Position numbers and translations under genes: made by a program. Under the pieces are notes generated by a model that saw nothing but the letters and a program-made list of their open reading frames with translations, did not search any database and was not told the origin of the DNA. A stretch of DNA of 64,000 nt from Bacteroidales bacterium (GTDB lineage: Bacteria > Bacteroidota > Bacteroidia > Bacteroidales > UBA12077), in NCBI GenBank assembly GCA_046482855.1, contig JAWOEH010000202.1, forward strand, positions 11,098 to 75,097, written 5' to 3'. Below, in pieces: positions 9,038 through 18,410 of this stretch; position 1 is the stretch's first letter; the number at the start of each line of letters is the position of its first letter.

Positions 9038-9670
9038 ATGAGTCTGATTAAGAAAGAGCATTTTAACGACGACGTAATTTTTGCCGTTTGGGAAATTGAG
9101 GAAGGCTACGACACCCTGTTCAAACAACTCCGACTTGACACGCAAGACAAAGCAACGGTGGAGGGATTTAAAAATTATCAAAGAAAACTAGAGTGGCTGA
9201 GTGTTCGCGCATTATTAAATGAAGTTATCGGTCCACGTGCCAAAATTGTCTATGGCCCGGAACGAAAACCCTATCTTCACGACAACTCCTACAACATCAG
9301 CATTTCCCATTCCAATAACATTACAGCCATCCTGCTCAGCAAGAAAAAGCGTGTGGGCCTGGATTTGGAATATCAGACAGAAAAAGTATTGCGAATTGCC
9401 GATAAATTCCTAACCGACGACGAATTAGCAGCTCTTGATAATACCCAACGTATCCACCACCTATATTTGCATTGGTGTGGCAAAGAGGCTTTATATAAAA
9501 TCTGCGACAAGCATGATATCAATTTTGTTACCAACCTGCACATCGACCCGTTTATTCCGCAGCAGGAAGGCCAGATGTTTGGCCGAGTCTCGAACCGATA
9601 CATGAATGAGCGATTTACCCTGAATTATTTTACCCTGAAAAATTATGCAATTGTCTGGTGCTATAAATAA
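9038..9670 (+). CDS. 4'-phosphopantetheinyl transferase superfamily protein
   Basis: It carries the conserved PPTase motifs VGLDLE (Mg-binding) and WCGKEALYK. I prefer the ATG at 9038 over the upstream in-frame ORF start at 8990, which overlaps gldD. Confidence 0.75.
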   Translation: MSLIKKEHFNDDVIFAVWEIEEGYDTLFKQLRLDTQDKATVEGFKNYQRKLEWLSVRALLNEVIGPRAKIVYGPERKPYLHDNSYNISISHSNNITAILLSKKKRVGLDLEYQTEKVLRIADKFLTDDELAALDNTQRIHHLYLHWCGKEALYKICDKHDINFVTNLHIDPFIPQQEGQMFGRVSNRYMNERFTLNYFTLKNYAIVWCYK

Positions 9671-9721
9671 TAGGAAATAACCCCACCATCAGCTTGTTAT
9701 CTATTGCAAAATTCAGCCACC

Positions 9722-10456
9722 ATGAATAGCTATCAAAAATTAGAGAGGGCACATAAAGAGCATAAAAAACTAATTGCCGTATTAATTGATCCGGAAAATT
9801 ATACCCCTGAGCTATTGGCGGGGTTAATTCGGGAAATAAAGCACTGTGTAGTTGATTTTGTGATGGTTGGAGGAAGTATGGTTACAGAATCGGTAGACAA
9901 CGTAGTACGCACATTAAAACAAAACCTGCCACAACCTGTCGTGCTATTCCCTGGAAATCCGTCACAAGTAAGCCGCCACGCCGATACCTTGCTATTTTTA
10001 TCGCTTATTTCCGGAAGGAACCCCGAGCTCCTTATTGGCCAGCATGTGCAGAGTGCCCCCTACATTCGAAAACTCAACCTGGAAGTAATTCCTACCGGTT
10101 ATATCCTTATCGATGGCGGACATCCCAGTGCCGTGCAATACATGAGCCAGACACAACCCATCCCTGCCGAGAAAACAGATATACTTCAGGCAACAGCCAT
10201 TGCCGGCCAGATGTTGGGTCTCAAAGCCCTCTATTTAGAAGCTGGAAGCGGTGCTTTGAACCCCATAACCAGCAAAGCCATTAAGGCTGTACGACAAGTC
10301 GTTGACATCCCCCTTATTTGCGGTGGGGGCATTAGCTCGGCAGCACAACTGCAACAAACATTAAAAGCAGGTGCCGATATGGTGGTTCTTGGTAACGCAT
10401 TGGAAAAAGACCCCAAAAACCTCGCCCGCATTCTCTCCTGCAATAGGGTGAGCTAA
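9722..10456 (+). CDS. Geranylgeranylglyceryl phosphate synthase family protein (PcrB/GGGPS-like TIM barrel)
   Basis: About 244 aa from the ATG at 9722. The VGGS, LEAGSGA and ICGGGI phosphate-binding style motifs and the size fit the PcrB/GGGPS family. Confidence 0.7.
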   Translation: MNSYQKLERAHKEHKKLIAVLIDPENYTPELLAGLIREIKHCVVDFVMVGGSMVTESVDNVVRTLKQNLPQPVVLFPGNPSQVSRHADTLLFLSLISGRNPELLIGQHVQSAPYIRKLNLEVIPTGYILIDGGHPSAVQYMSQTQPIPAEKTDILQATAIAGQMLGLKALYLEAGSGALNPITSKAIKAVRQVVDIPLICGGGISSAAQLQQTLKAGADMVVLGNALEKDPKNLARILSCNRVS

Positions 10457-10521
10457 TTGTTGATAAGTTCCCGATAGTTTCCTGTCCTTGAGTTAAACCT
10501 GCCAAGGTAATTGCTGTCAAA

Positions 10522-10558
10522 AAATTGCAGCTCTCGAAATCCCAATAAGCTGCAATTT
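10522..10558 (+). terminator. Stem-loop between the GGGPS-like gene and the HNH gene (possible terminator or RNA element)
   Basis: A perfect 10-bp stem pairs aaattgcagc (10522-10531) with gctgcaattt (10549-10558) around a 17-nt loop. It is followed only by a weak T-rich tract. Confidence 0.3.
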
Positions 10559-10586
10559 ATACTTCAACGGATTTAGGGACACAATT

Positions 10587-11144
10587 ATGGATCAACATAC
10601 TGACAGATTACTTAGAAACGAGAAATGGCGGAAACTTGACATTAAAGATATGTCAGAGAGTGAAAAGTACGCTATCTCAAACTTGGGACGAATAAAAAGC
10701 TACAAAGCAAATCCCGAGGGCAAAATCATTAAAGGCAGCAGCCTTAAAGGATATCGAATCCTCAATATAAAACTTAACGAAAATAAACGCACCACAAAGT
10801 ACATCCACAAGTTGGTTGCAGAGCTATTCATCCCTAAAGAAAATGACCATCAAAAATACGTTATCCACCTGGATTTTGACAAAGAGAATAATCATGTCGA
10901 CAACCTGAAGTGGGTAACAAAAGAGACGATGTTTGCGCACCAAAAAATTAACCCCAATTATAAGAGAGGTACCATTAACTATTCGAAACTTAGTGAAACC
11001 GATGTGATCAGGCTCAAGAAAAAACTAAAAAGGGGAAAAAACAAACTCTACAAGTTAGCACGTGAATTTGGCATAACACATACACAACTTAACCGCATAC
11101 GCTCAGGAGAAAATTGGGGACACGTTGTGGTTGATGAAGAGTAA
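10587..11144 (+). CDS. NUMOD4-motif HNH endonuclease (homing-endonuclease-like) with a C-terminal helix-turn-helix
   Basis: 185 aa. It has a NUMOD4-like N-terminus (EKWRKL..YAISNLGRIKSY), an HNH_3-like core (IHKLVAELFIPK...VIHLDFDKENNHVDNLKWVT) and a C-terminal LAREFGITHTQLNRIRSGENWGHV. Confidence 0.7.
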   Translation: MDQHTDRLLRNEKWRKLDIKDMSESEKYAISNLGRIKSYKANPEGKIIKGSSLKGYRILNIKLNENKRTTKYIHKLVAELFIPKENDHQKYVIHLDFDKENNHVDNLKWVTKETMFAHQKINPNYKRGTINYSKLSETDVIRLKKKLKRGKNKLYKLAREFGITHTQLNRIRSGENWGHVVVDEE

Positions 11145-11188
11145 ACCCGGATTTTAAAAAGCAAATTGATTGCCCCTATATCCTTCCA

Positions 11189-12799
11189 TTAATCAAATAT
11201 TGGCAGCAAGGGTTTATGATAATTTCCCGGCAAAGGCAATCCTAAAAGCCGGCTTAGTGAAGGAGCAACTTGATCCATGGTATAAGGTTCAAAAATTCGT
11301 GTAGCAGATGTATTCAGCCCCCATATAACAAATGGAATATGCGTATTAAATGAGGATTTTTGTCCACGTACAAGAAACCGATCAGAACCATCACTCCATC
11401 CAGGAAGCAACTCCACAAAAACATCCCCCGAGCGATAAGGGTGGAGGGTATTAAATCCCGAACCTGCTCCCAGAGTCTTACTATTTAATGGGTAAGCAGC
11501 AGCCACGCCCTCAAATTGCGCCAAAAAATCGGCTGCTTGTTGTTGCACCTCTTCCCTTGGCACTTTAACCTGATCAAGCATGTGTTGATTCAGGTAATAT
11601 TGTTGGTTCGAAAAGCCTATTAACCAATCGCCTTTTTTATAGAGCAAATCCAGATAGGTATCGAGAAGCGCTTGCGCTTTTTCACCCTTAAATGTCCCCA
11701 CAGACCACCCCATATCAGCTAAATACAGGGTATTCTCAGGCATACCTCTATCGGCTGTAAAAACAACCACTACCTCACCTGGCTCAAAACGCTGCTCAAG
11801 AAACTGCATTAGATGCGCAATATCCTTATCCAAACGCACAAATATATCTTCCATTTCAACGCTATGAGCATGGAAATACTTATTTGCGTAAGCCATACTA
11901 CTGAGTCCCAGTACCAGAAGGTCGGGGAAATGGTCCCGTCCCAACTCCTCTCTCTCAATCGCGGTTAAAGCAACATCTTTTGTGTAGGTATTACCAAAAG
12001 GAGCAACACGAAGGTATTTATAACTTTCACTGCGCTGCTTCAGAAAAGATAATTCATAGGGAAAGGTATTCCGATACCCGGGAATACCAATTTCATAGGC
12101 ATTATTATCTGCCATACTTGCTTGGTAGGTTTCCGGGCTATAATAAGTTGTCCAACTTCGCTTGGTATATAGTTGATGAAAATTCTTGTCATGAAACCCT
12201 TGCAGCCAGGAAACAGCCGAATCGCGATAATAAGCATTGGTAACCCATAGTCCGGTTCGGGGGTTGAGCCATAATGCCAAATCGGCCGATCGACCGGTAC
12301 CCATTATTGCTGTTACAGGGTTCATGCTAATACCAACCACTTTGCTACGCCCATGTGTCTGTAATTTGAGCATATCGCCAACAGTAGGTTGCAAAAGCAA
12401 TGATGGGCTAAAGTTTGTATGTTCAGCATGAAACACCTCATAGGGATTTTGTCCACTGGCAAATTTCTGCATTCGTGTAAGTGGGTCGTACCAGCTATCC
12501 CCGATTATCCCGTGGTCACGAGGCCAAAAGCCAGTGGCCAGAGTAGCTACGCCAGAAGCATTACTTACATGAGCCAGATCGTATTGCATATGCTCGAAGG
12601 TTACTCCCGAGCGAATTAATCGTTTTATGCCCTTATCGCCAATCGCATCCCAATAACGCTCAATCATTTCATAGCGTAGCTGCTCAACAACCACCTCTAC
12701 AATCAATTTGGGTGGATCCTTCTGCACAGGTTGTGCCGACAAATAATTGGGAATAAGCAACCCTACAAATCCTATTAAAAGACAAAAACGAAACCTCAT
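11189..12799 (-). CDS. Secreted alkaline phosphatase / nucleotide pyrophosphatase-phosphodiesterase family protein (PafA-like)
   Basis: 536 aa with a signal peptide. It has metal/nucleophile-region motifs of the type-I phosphodiesterase fold (TLATGFWPRDHGIIGDSWYD, FTADRGMP). Confidence 0.65.
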   Translation of the reverse strand: MRFRFCLLIGFVGLLIPNYLSAQPVQKDPPKLIVEVVVEQLRYEMIERYWDAIGDKGIKRLIRSGVTFEHMQYDLAHVSNASGVATLATGFWPRDHGIIGDSWYDPLTRMQKFASGQNPYEVFHAEHTNFSPSLLLQPTVGDMLKLQTHGRSKVVGISMNPVTAIMGTGRSADLALWLNPRTGLWVTNAYYRDSAVSWLQGFHDKNFHQLYTKRSWTTYYSPETYQASMADNNAYEIGIPGYRNTFPYELSFLKQRSESYKYLRVAPFGNTYTKDVALTAIEREELGRDHFPDLLVLGLSSMAYANKYFHAHSVEMEDIFVRLDKDIAHLMQFLEQRFEPGEVVVVFTADRGMPENTLYLADMGWSVGTFKGEKAQALLDTYLDLLYKKGDWLIGFSNQQYYLNQHMLDQVKVPREEVQQQAADFLAQFEGVAAAYPLNSKTLGAGSGFNTLHPYRSGDVFVELLPGWSDGSDRFLVRGQKSSFNTHIPFVIWGLNTSATRIFEPYTMDQVAPSLSRLLGLPLPGNYHKPLLPIFD

Positions 12800-12811
12800 A
12801 CTACAGGAGTT

Positions 12812-13177
12812 TTAAAGATACCTTGCTAATATAAATAAAATCCCAACCCCTGCAAGTAAGGACAGGCCTAAGTTTAACCCGGCAAAGAGATAATTACCTG
12901 TGCGTAAAAGCTCAAAAGTTTCGTAGCTAAATGTTGAAAAGGTACTGAAGCCTCCGCAAAACCCCACCATAAGAAATCCCTTCATCGAACTGGAGAACAT
13001 CGGCTTTTCTGTAGCAAAATAAATAATAACTCCCAGCAATAGAGTACTCAGCAAATTAGCCACTAAAGTAGCCACTGGATTTATCGTATGAAAATTGGAA
13101 GTAATCAGCTTTGAAACACCAAAGCGAGATATACTACCGAGTCCTCCGCCCAAAAAAATAGCCAGAAACAAATTCAT
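12812..13177 (-). CDS. crcB: Fluoride efflux channel CrcB/FluC
   Basis: 121 aa with four TM segments. MNLFLAIFLGGGLGSISRFGVS and GFCGGFSTFSTFSYE are hallmark CrcB motifs. Confidence 0.9.
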   Translation of the reverse strand: MNLFLAIFLGGGLGSISRFGVSKLITSNFHTINPVATLVANLLSTLLLGVIIYFATEKPMFSSSMKGFLMVGFCGGFSTFSTFSYETFELLRTGNYLFAGLNLGLSLLAGVGILFILARYL

Positions 13178-13182
13178 GATCG

Positions 13183-14280
13183 CTATACATTGAATTTAAA
13201 ATGCATCACATCGCCATCCTGTACCACATACTCCTTGCCTTCCTGGGCAATTTTCCCTGCATCACGACAAGCACTTTCTGTTTTATAGAGGACGTAATCC
13301 TTGTACTTGATCACTTCGGCTCGAATAAAACCGCGCTCAAAATCGCTATGAATAATTCCGGCAGCACCAGGGGCTTTTGTTCCGCTCTTGAAGGTCCATG
13401 CACGAACTTCCTTCTTGCCGGCGGTAAAATAGGTTTCCAAATTCAGCAAACGATAAGCCGCCTTAATTAATTTTGAAACCCCAGACTCCTCCAGTCCCAT
13501 CTCTTCCAAGAACATTTGACGCTCCTCATATTCCTCCAACTCAGCTATTTCAGATTCAATGCCGGCAGCAATCACCAATACCTCAGCATTCTCCTGCTCA
13601 ACACTCTTCTTCAAGGCTTCGGTATAAGCATTCCCTGTTTTAGCTGAGGCTTCATCCACATTACACACATACAAAATAGGCTTATTGGTAAGTAGCAACA
13701 TATCACTTACCAACTCCCTCTCCTCTTTAGAAAGATCAAGCTCACGAGCGGACTTTCCCTGCAACAAAAGCTCCTTGTATCGACTCAGCACATCAAGCGT
13801 TCGCTTGGCTGTTTTGTCGCCTGTTTTTCCTTGTTTTTCCGCTTTCAACATCCGCGCCTCCACAGTCTCCAAATCCTTTAACTGTAATTCCGTATCAATT
13901 GTTCCTTTATCGCGAACCGGATCAACAGTAACATCCACATGCGTTATGTTATCGTCATCAAAACAACGCAAAACATGAATGATAGCATCGGTTTCGCGGA
14001 TATTGGCCAAAAATTTATTGCCTAATCCTTCGCCCTTATTGGCCCCTTTTACCAATCCGGCAATATCCACAATCTCTACAGTTGTTGGCACAACCCGCTC
14101 AGGCTGTACAAGCTCCTCCAGTTGTACCAGTCGTTCGTCGGGCACGGTTATAACCCCTACATTAGGCTCAATTGTACAAAAAGGAAAATTTGCCGATTGC
14201 GCTTTGGCATTCGACAAACAATTAAAAAGTGTTGATTTCCCTACATTTGGTAATCCAACGATTCCACATTGCAACCCCAT
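13183..14280 (-). CDS. ychF: Redox-regulated ATPase YchF (Obg-like)
   Basis: 365 aa. It has the P-loop GIVGLPNVGKSTLFN, a TGS-like C-terminus and the full YchF length. Confidence 0.95.
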   Translation of the reverse strand: MGLQCGIVGLPNVGKSTLFNCLSNAKAQSANFPFCTIEPNVGVITVPDERLVQLEELVQPERVVPTTVEIVDIAGLVKGANKGEGLGNKFLANIRETDAIIHVLRCFDDDNITHVDVTVDPVRDKGTIDTELQLKDLETVEARMLKAEKQGKTGDKTAKRTLDVLSRYKELLLQGKSARELDLSKEERELVSDMLLLTNKPILYVCNVDEASAKTGNAYTEALKKSVEQENAEVLVIAAGIESEIAELEEYEERQMFLEEMGLEESGVSKLIKAAYRLLNLETYFTAGKKEVRAWTFKSGTKAPGAAGIIHSDFERGFIRAEVIKYKDYVLYKTESACRDAGKIAQEGKEYVVQDGDVMHFKFNV

Positions 14281-14305
14281 AATTCTTTCTTTTATTTTAA
14301 GAGTG

Positions 14306-14313
14306 CAAAATTA
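14306..14313 (-). promoter_or_regulatory. Putative -7 box (TAATTTTG) for ychF-crcB
   Basis: The minus strand reads TAATTTTG 26 nt upstream of the ychF ATG. Confidence 0.35.
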
Positions 14314-14674
14314 CAATTTTTCTCCAACCTGACACGACAATGGTTCTTTATTTTAACTGAAAGATCTTCAGGCATTTGCTTAACCAGCTATTAAATTTGG
14401 CTGATATGAGATGAATCCATGGTTGAGTAGTGGGCCCAGATCTTTCCGAAGAACCTGTTTTACCCTCTTCCTGCCTCAACAGGACAAGCCTCCTACCCTT
14501 GTCCTTGATTTAAATTATCATGTAGACTTATAATGAAGTGCGAACAATATGATGAACCTGGAAATAAAGTAGAAGAATATCCTTCATATTTGATGGGAAA
14601 CTTGTATTTTTACCCGCAAAATTTTTGCTTAAAAGAAATTAGAAAACATACTATTTAACAATCGATTAGAAAAA

Positions 14675-15520
14675 ATGGCAACAACTAAAGAATTAGAAAA
14701 GATAGCAACACAAGTGCGAAGGGATATTGTTCGGATGGTACATGCACAGGCATCCGGACACCCCGGCGGGTCATTAGGTTGTGCCGACTTTGTCACTGCA
14801 CTCTATTTTGATGTACTTAAGCATACACCCGTGAAGTTCGACATGAATGGATATGAGCAAGATTTATTTTTCCTCTCCAACGGGCATATCTCGCCTTTGT
14901 GGTACAGTGTCCTTGCTCGTTCAGGCTACTTCCCAATTGAAGAGCTTGCTTCATTCCGAAAACTTGACTCTCGATTACAAGGACACCCTACAACAAAAGA
15001 AGGGCTACCAGGCATTCGCGTTGCTTCAGGATCTCTGGGTCAGGGATTATCAGTAGCGGCAGGAGCCGCCCTTAGTAAAAAATTGAATAACGACCCCTAT
15101 CTGGTGTATAGCTTACATGGCGATGGGGAGCTTCAGGAGGGCCAAATTTGGGAGGCAGCTATGTATGCCGCAGCCAATAAAGTGGATAACCTAATTGCTA
15201 CTGTCGATTATAACATGCAGCAGATTGATGGTCCAGTAGATGACGTATTATCCCTAGGCAACCTGAAAGAGAAATGGGAAAGCTTCGGCTGGAAAGCCAT
15301 CGAGATGAATGGCAATAACATGGAAGAGGTTCAAACCACTCTATCGCTGGCCAAACAACTTACCGGCAAAGGGCAACCCGTAGTAATTCTCATGCGTACC
15401 GAAATGGGAAATGGTGTGGACTTTATGATGGGCACACACAAATGGCACGGAGTTGCACCAAACGATGAGCAACTAAAAGATGCCTTAGCTCAGTTAAAGG
15501 AAACTTTAGGCGATTATTAG
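14675..15520 (+). CDS. Transketolase, N-terminal (thiamine-diphosphate-binding) subunit
   Basis: 281 aa. The motifs GHPGGSLG and HGDGELQEGQIWEA are typical of the split-transketolase N-terminal section. Confidence 0.9.
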   Translation: MATTKELEKIATQVRRDIVRMVHAQASGHPGGSLGCADFVTALYFDVLKHTPVKFDMNGYEQDLFFLSNGHISPLWYSVLARSGYFPIEELASFRKLDSRLQGHPTTKEGLPGIRVASGSLGQGLSVAAGAALSKKLNNDPYLVYSLHGDGELQEGQIWEAAMYAAANKVDNLIATVDYNMQQIDGPVDDVLSLGNLKEKWESFGWKAIEMNGNNMEEVQTTLSLAKQLTGKGQPVVILMRTEMGNGVDFMMGTHKWHGVAPNDEQLKDALAQLKETLGDY

Positions 15521-15572
15521 TTTAGTAATTTATAGAAGGATTTCTACTCACATATATAAAATTCGATAGCAT

Positions 15573-15977
15573 ATGAAGAACATTGTATTGATTGCACACG
15601 ATGCCAAAAAACCGGAAATTATCCAGTTCCTTGACGAAAGAAAAGAATGGATTGCCGGAGTGAACCTTATTGCTACCGGACGCACTGCGGAATATATCGA
15701 AGAAAACGGAATTGATGTGGAGCATTTAAGTCCGGGACGCTCGGGTGGCTACAATGAAATTACCGCGCGTATTAAGGAAAAAGAGGTGGACATTGTTATA
15801 TTCCTGCGTGACCCATTGGTTCAGCAAAAACATCATGAAGATATACAGGAGCTGCTTAAAGCTTGTAATATGTACAATATCCCATTGGCAACAAATCATG
15901 CCAGTGCAGAACTGCTCATTTTGGGCCTCATAAAGAAAGAAGATTTCGAACGTCAACAGCGCAAGGCGCAAATGTAA
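15573..15977 (+). CDS. Methylglyoxal synthase-like (MGS-like) domain protein, possibly non-canonical
   Basis: 134 aa. It aligns by eye with E. coli MgsA (VLIAHD, ATGRT, FLRDPL..HHED), but the GGD catalytic motif reads GGY (Tyr60). Confidence 0.7.
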   Translation: MKNIVLIAHDAKKPEIIQFLDERKEWIAGVNLIATGRTAEYIEENGIDVEHLSPGRSGGYNEITARIKEKEVDIVIFLRDPLVQQKHHEDIQELLKACNMYNIPLATNHASAELLILGLIKKEDFERQQRKAQM

Positions 15978-16003
15978 CCACCCCCATAGCTCTTATAAGG
16001 AAA

Positions 16004-17407
16004 ATGCCCGACATGCTGCATAAATATTTCCGTATTGGCGTCCTGTTTCTCATTCTTGTAGGGATACCTGTTACTTTGAGTGCACAACAATTCAAAAAAC
16101 AGGATCCTCCTACTACCCGGATATTGTTTGTATTTGATGCTTCGCAAAGTATGCTCGGAGCCTGGGAAAGTGACAAGAAGATAAATATTGCGCGAAAGTA
16201 CCTGATCAACATTGTTGACAGCCTGGAACATTTTGAAAATGTTCAGATGGCACTTCGCGTATACGGGCATCAAAGTCCTGTGCCTCCACAGGACTGCAGC
16301 GACACAAAACTGGAGGTGCCTTTTTCAGCCAACAACGCTTCGCACATTCGCCAAAAGCTGCGGTACTTAATCCCTCAGGGCACAACACCAATTGCCCATT
16401 CATTAGAGTTAACTGAAGTCGACTTCCCTGCTTGCGACTCGGAAAAATGTCGCAACATTGTCATTCTCATTACCGATGGCATCGAGGCCTGTGACGGCGA
16501 TCCCTGTCAGGTAGCCCTAAAGCTGCAGCAGAAAGGGATTGTACTGCGTCCCTTTGTTATTGGGATTGGTATCGACCCGCTTTTTGAGAAAACCTTTGAA
16601 TGTGTAGGCGACTTTTACAACTCGCCCGACGAGGACCGCTTTGCAGAAGTACTAAACGTAGTTGTTTCGCGAGCACTAAACAGTACAACAGCTCAGGTAA
16701 ACTTGCTGGACAACCGCCAGCTGCCTTCAGAAACCAATGTGGGGATGACTTTCTTTGACCATTACTCGGGAAAGATAAAACACAACTATGTACACACAAT
16801 CAATTATCTGGGGAATCCGGATACCTTAATTCTGGATCCCCTTGTAACTTACGATTTGGTTGTACATACCCTTCCACCGGTCCGAAAGGACAGTTTCAAG
16901 GTGGTTGCAGGAAAACACACACAAATTGGCTTGCCTGCTCCACAAGGAGCGCTTAAAATTACAACTTCCGGAAGCAGCCAATACAATCAGCTTGAAGTCC
17001 TGGTCCGCGAGACCGGGAAAAATGAAATACTCAATGTTCAAAAGATCAATCGAATAGAAAAGTATATTACAGGCCAGTATGATTTGGAGATCTTAACACT
17101 TCCTCGTATACAACTGGAAAAACTGCAAATTCAACAAAGTGAACAAACGACTATTGAAGTTCCACGCCCGGGAATAGCCAATTTCAGCATGGCTTCAACC
17201 GGCCATGGGAGCCTATACCAGCAAACAGCCGATACGTTGCAATGGATTTACAATCTATCGCCAGAGCAAGACCGTGAAACCTTAACACTGCAACCAGGCA
17301 CCTATCGAATAATTTATCGGGCAAAAAATGCAAAACGCTCAATATACACCATAAGTAAACAATTCGATATCCGTTCCGGAGCATCGACCCATATTATTTT
17401 AGATTAA
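16004..17407 (+). CDS. Secreted von Willebrand factor A (VWA) domain protein
   Basis: 467 aa with a signal peptide. It has the MIDAS motif DASQSM in an [11 protein letters not shown] context, then ILITDG. The C-terminal ~230 aa are of unknown fold. Confidence 0.75.
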   Translation: MPDMLHKYFRIGVLFLILVGIPVTLSAQQFKKQDPPTTRILFVFDASQSMLGAWESDKKINIARKYLINIVDSLEHFENVQMALRVYGHQSPVPPQDCSDTKLEVPFSANNASHIRQKLRYLIPQGTTPIAHSLELTEVDFPACDSEKCRNIVILITDGIEACDGDPCQVALKLQQKGIVLRPFVIGIGIDPLFEKTFECVGDFYNSPDEDRFAEVLNVVVSRALNSTTAQVNLLDNRQLPSETNVGMTFFDHYSGKIKHNYVHTINYLGNPDTLILDPLVTYDLVVHTLPPVRKDSFKVVAGKHTQIGLPAPQGALKITTSGSSQYNQLEVLVRETGKNEILNVQKINRIEKYITGQYDLEILTLPRIQLEKLQIQQSEQTTIEVPRPGIANFSMASTGHGSLYQQTADTLQWIYNLSPEQDRETLTLQPGTYRIIYRAKNAKRSIYTISKQFDIRSGASTHIILD

Positions 17408-17433
17408 TAACGATTTTGATAACGCTATACACA

Positions 17434-18390
17434 ATGAATATAAAAGAGATTAAGGAAATGAAGGACACACGTTCGGGCTTTGGCGCCGGACTGTTGGAAG
17501 TAGGCAAGAAAAATGACCGAGTAGTTGCCTTGTGCGCCGATCTTACCGGATCACTAAAAATGGGAGATTTTGAAAAAGAATTTCCGGAGCGTTTTTTTCA
17601 GACAGGCATAGCTGAAGCCAATATGATGGGCTTAGCTGCGGGGTTAACCATTGGAGGCAAAATTCCGTTTGCCGGAACTTTTGCCAACTTTGCTACGGGA
17701 CGTGTTTACGATCAAATTCGTCAATCCATTGCCTATTCGGGTAAGAATGTTAAGATTTGTGCTTCCCATGCGGGTCTCACCCTTGGCGAAGATGGAGCGA
17801 CACATCAAATACTTGAAGATATTGGTCTTATGAAGATGTTGCCAGGGATGACTGTCATCAACCCGGCCGACTTTAACCAAACAAAAGCTGCAACAATGGC
17901 CATTGCAGAATACGAGGGCCCGGTATATTTGCGATTTGGACGCCCTAAAGTACCCAATTTTACCACCCCTGATGCACCTTTTGTCATTGGAAAGGCCATC
18001 ACCTTTGAAGAAGGTACGGATGTATCCATCTTTGCCACAGGTCATTTATTGTGGAAAGCCCTGGACGCCGCCCAGGAACTTCGTGAAGAGGGCATTAGTT
18101 GCGAAGTAATTAATATCCACACCATCAAGCCCCTGGACGAAGAAACCATACTGGCATCGGCACAAAAAACGCGGGCTGTGGTTACAGCCGAGGAGCACAT
18201 GCGTAATGGAGGACTGGGAGACAGTATTGCCCAAACCCTGGTACGTAATCATCCGGTTCCTATGGAAATGGTGGCCGTAAATGATACCTTTGGTGAAAGT
18301 GGAAAACCACATGAACTCATGACCAAATATGGTATCGACACAGCCAATGTAAAAGAAGCTGTACACAACGTGCTAAAACGTAAAAAATAA
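17434..18390 (+). CDS. Transketolase, C-terminal (pyrimidine-binding plus C-terminal domain) subunit
   Basis: About 318 aa from the ATG at 17434 (the ORF opens at TTG 17416). The motifs [17 protein letters not shown] and GEDGATHQ are typical. Confidence 0.9.
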   Translation: MNIKEIKEMKDTRSGFGAGLLEVGKKNDRVVALCADLTGSLKMGDFEKEFPERFFQTGIAEANMMGLAAGLTIGGKIPFAGTFANFATGRVYDQIRQSIAYSGKNVKICASHAGLTLGEDGATHQILEDIGLMKMLPGMTVINPADFNQTKAATMAIAEYEGPVYLRFGRPKVPNFTTPDAPFVIGKAITFEEGTDVSIFATGHLLWKALDAAQELREEGISCEVINIHTIKPLDEETILASAQKTRAVVTAEEHMRNGGLGDSIAQTLVRNHPVPMEMVAVNDTFGESGKPHELMTKYGIDTANVKEAVHNVLKRKK

Positions 18391-18410
18391 GGTGCCGGCA
18401 ACAAAAGCAC

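Noticed and set aside
10457-11188. A mobile-element call for the HNH endonuclease locus
   Set aside because: I can see no terminal inverted or direct repeats, integrase, transposase or intron/intein context. I report it as a lone gene, not as a mobile element.
13178-13182. Fluoride riboswitch upstream of crcB
   Set aside because: Only 5 nt separate crcB from ychF. I also see nothing resembling the crcB motif upstream of ychF.
14411-14533. 40-codon ORF (MNPWLSSGPRSFRRTCFTLFLPQQDKPPTLVLDLNYHVDL) in the ychF/tkt spacer
   Set aside because: There is no promoter box or conservation evidence available, and the composition is unremarkable. I kept it only as a note under the intergenic finding.
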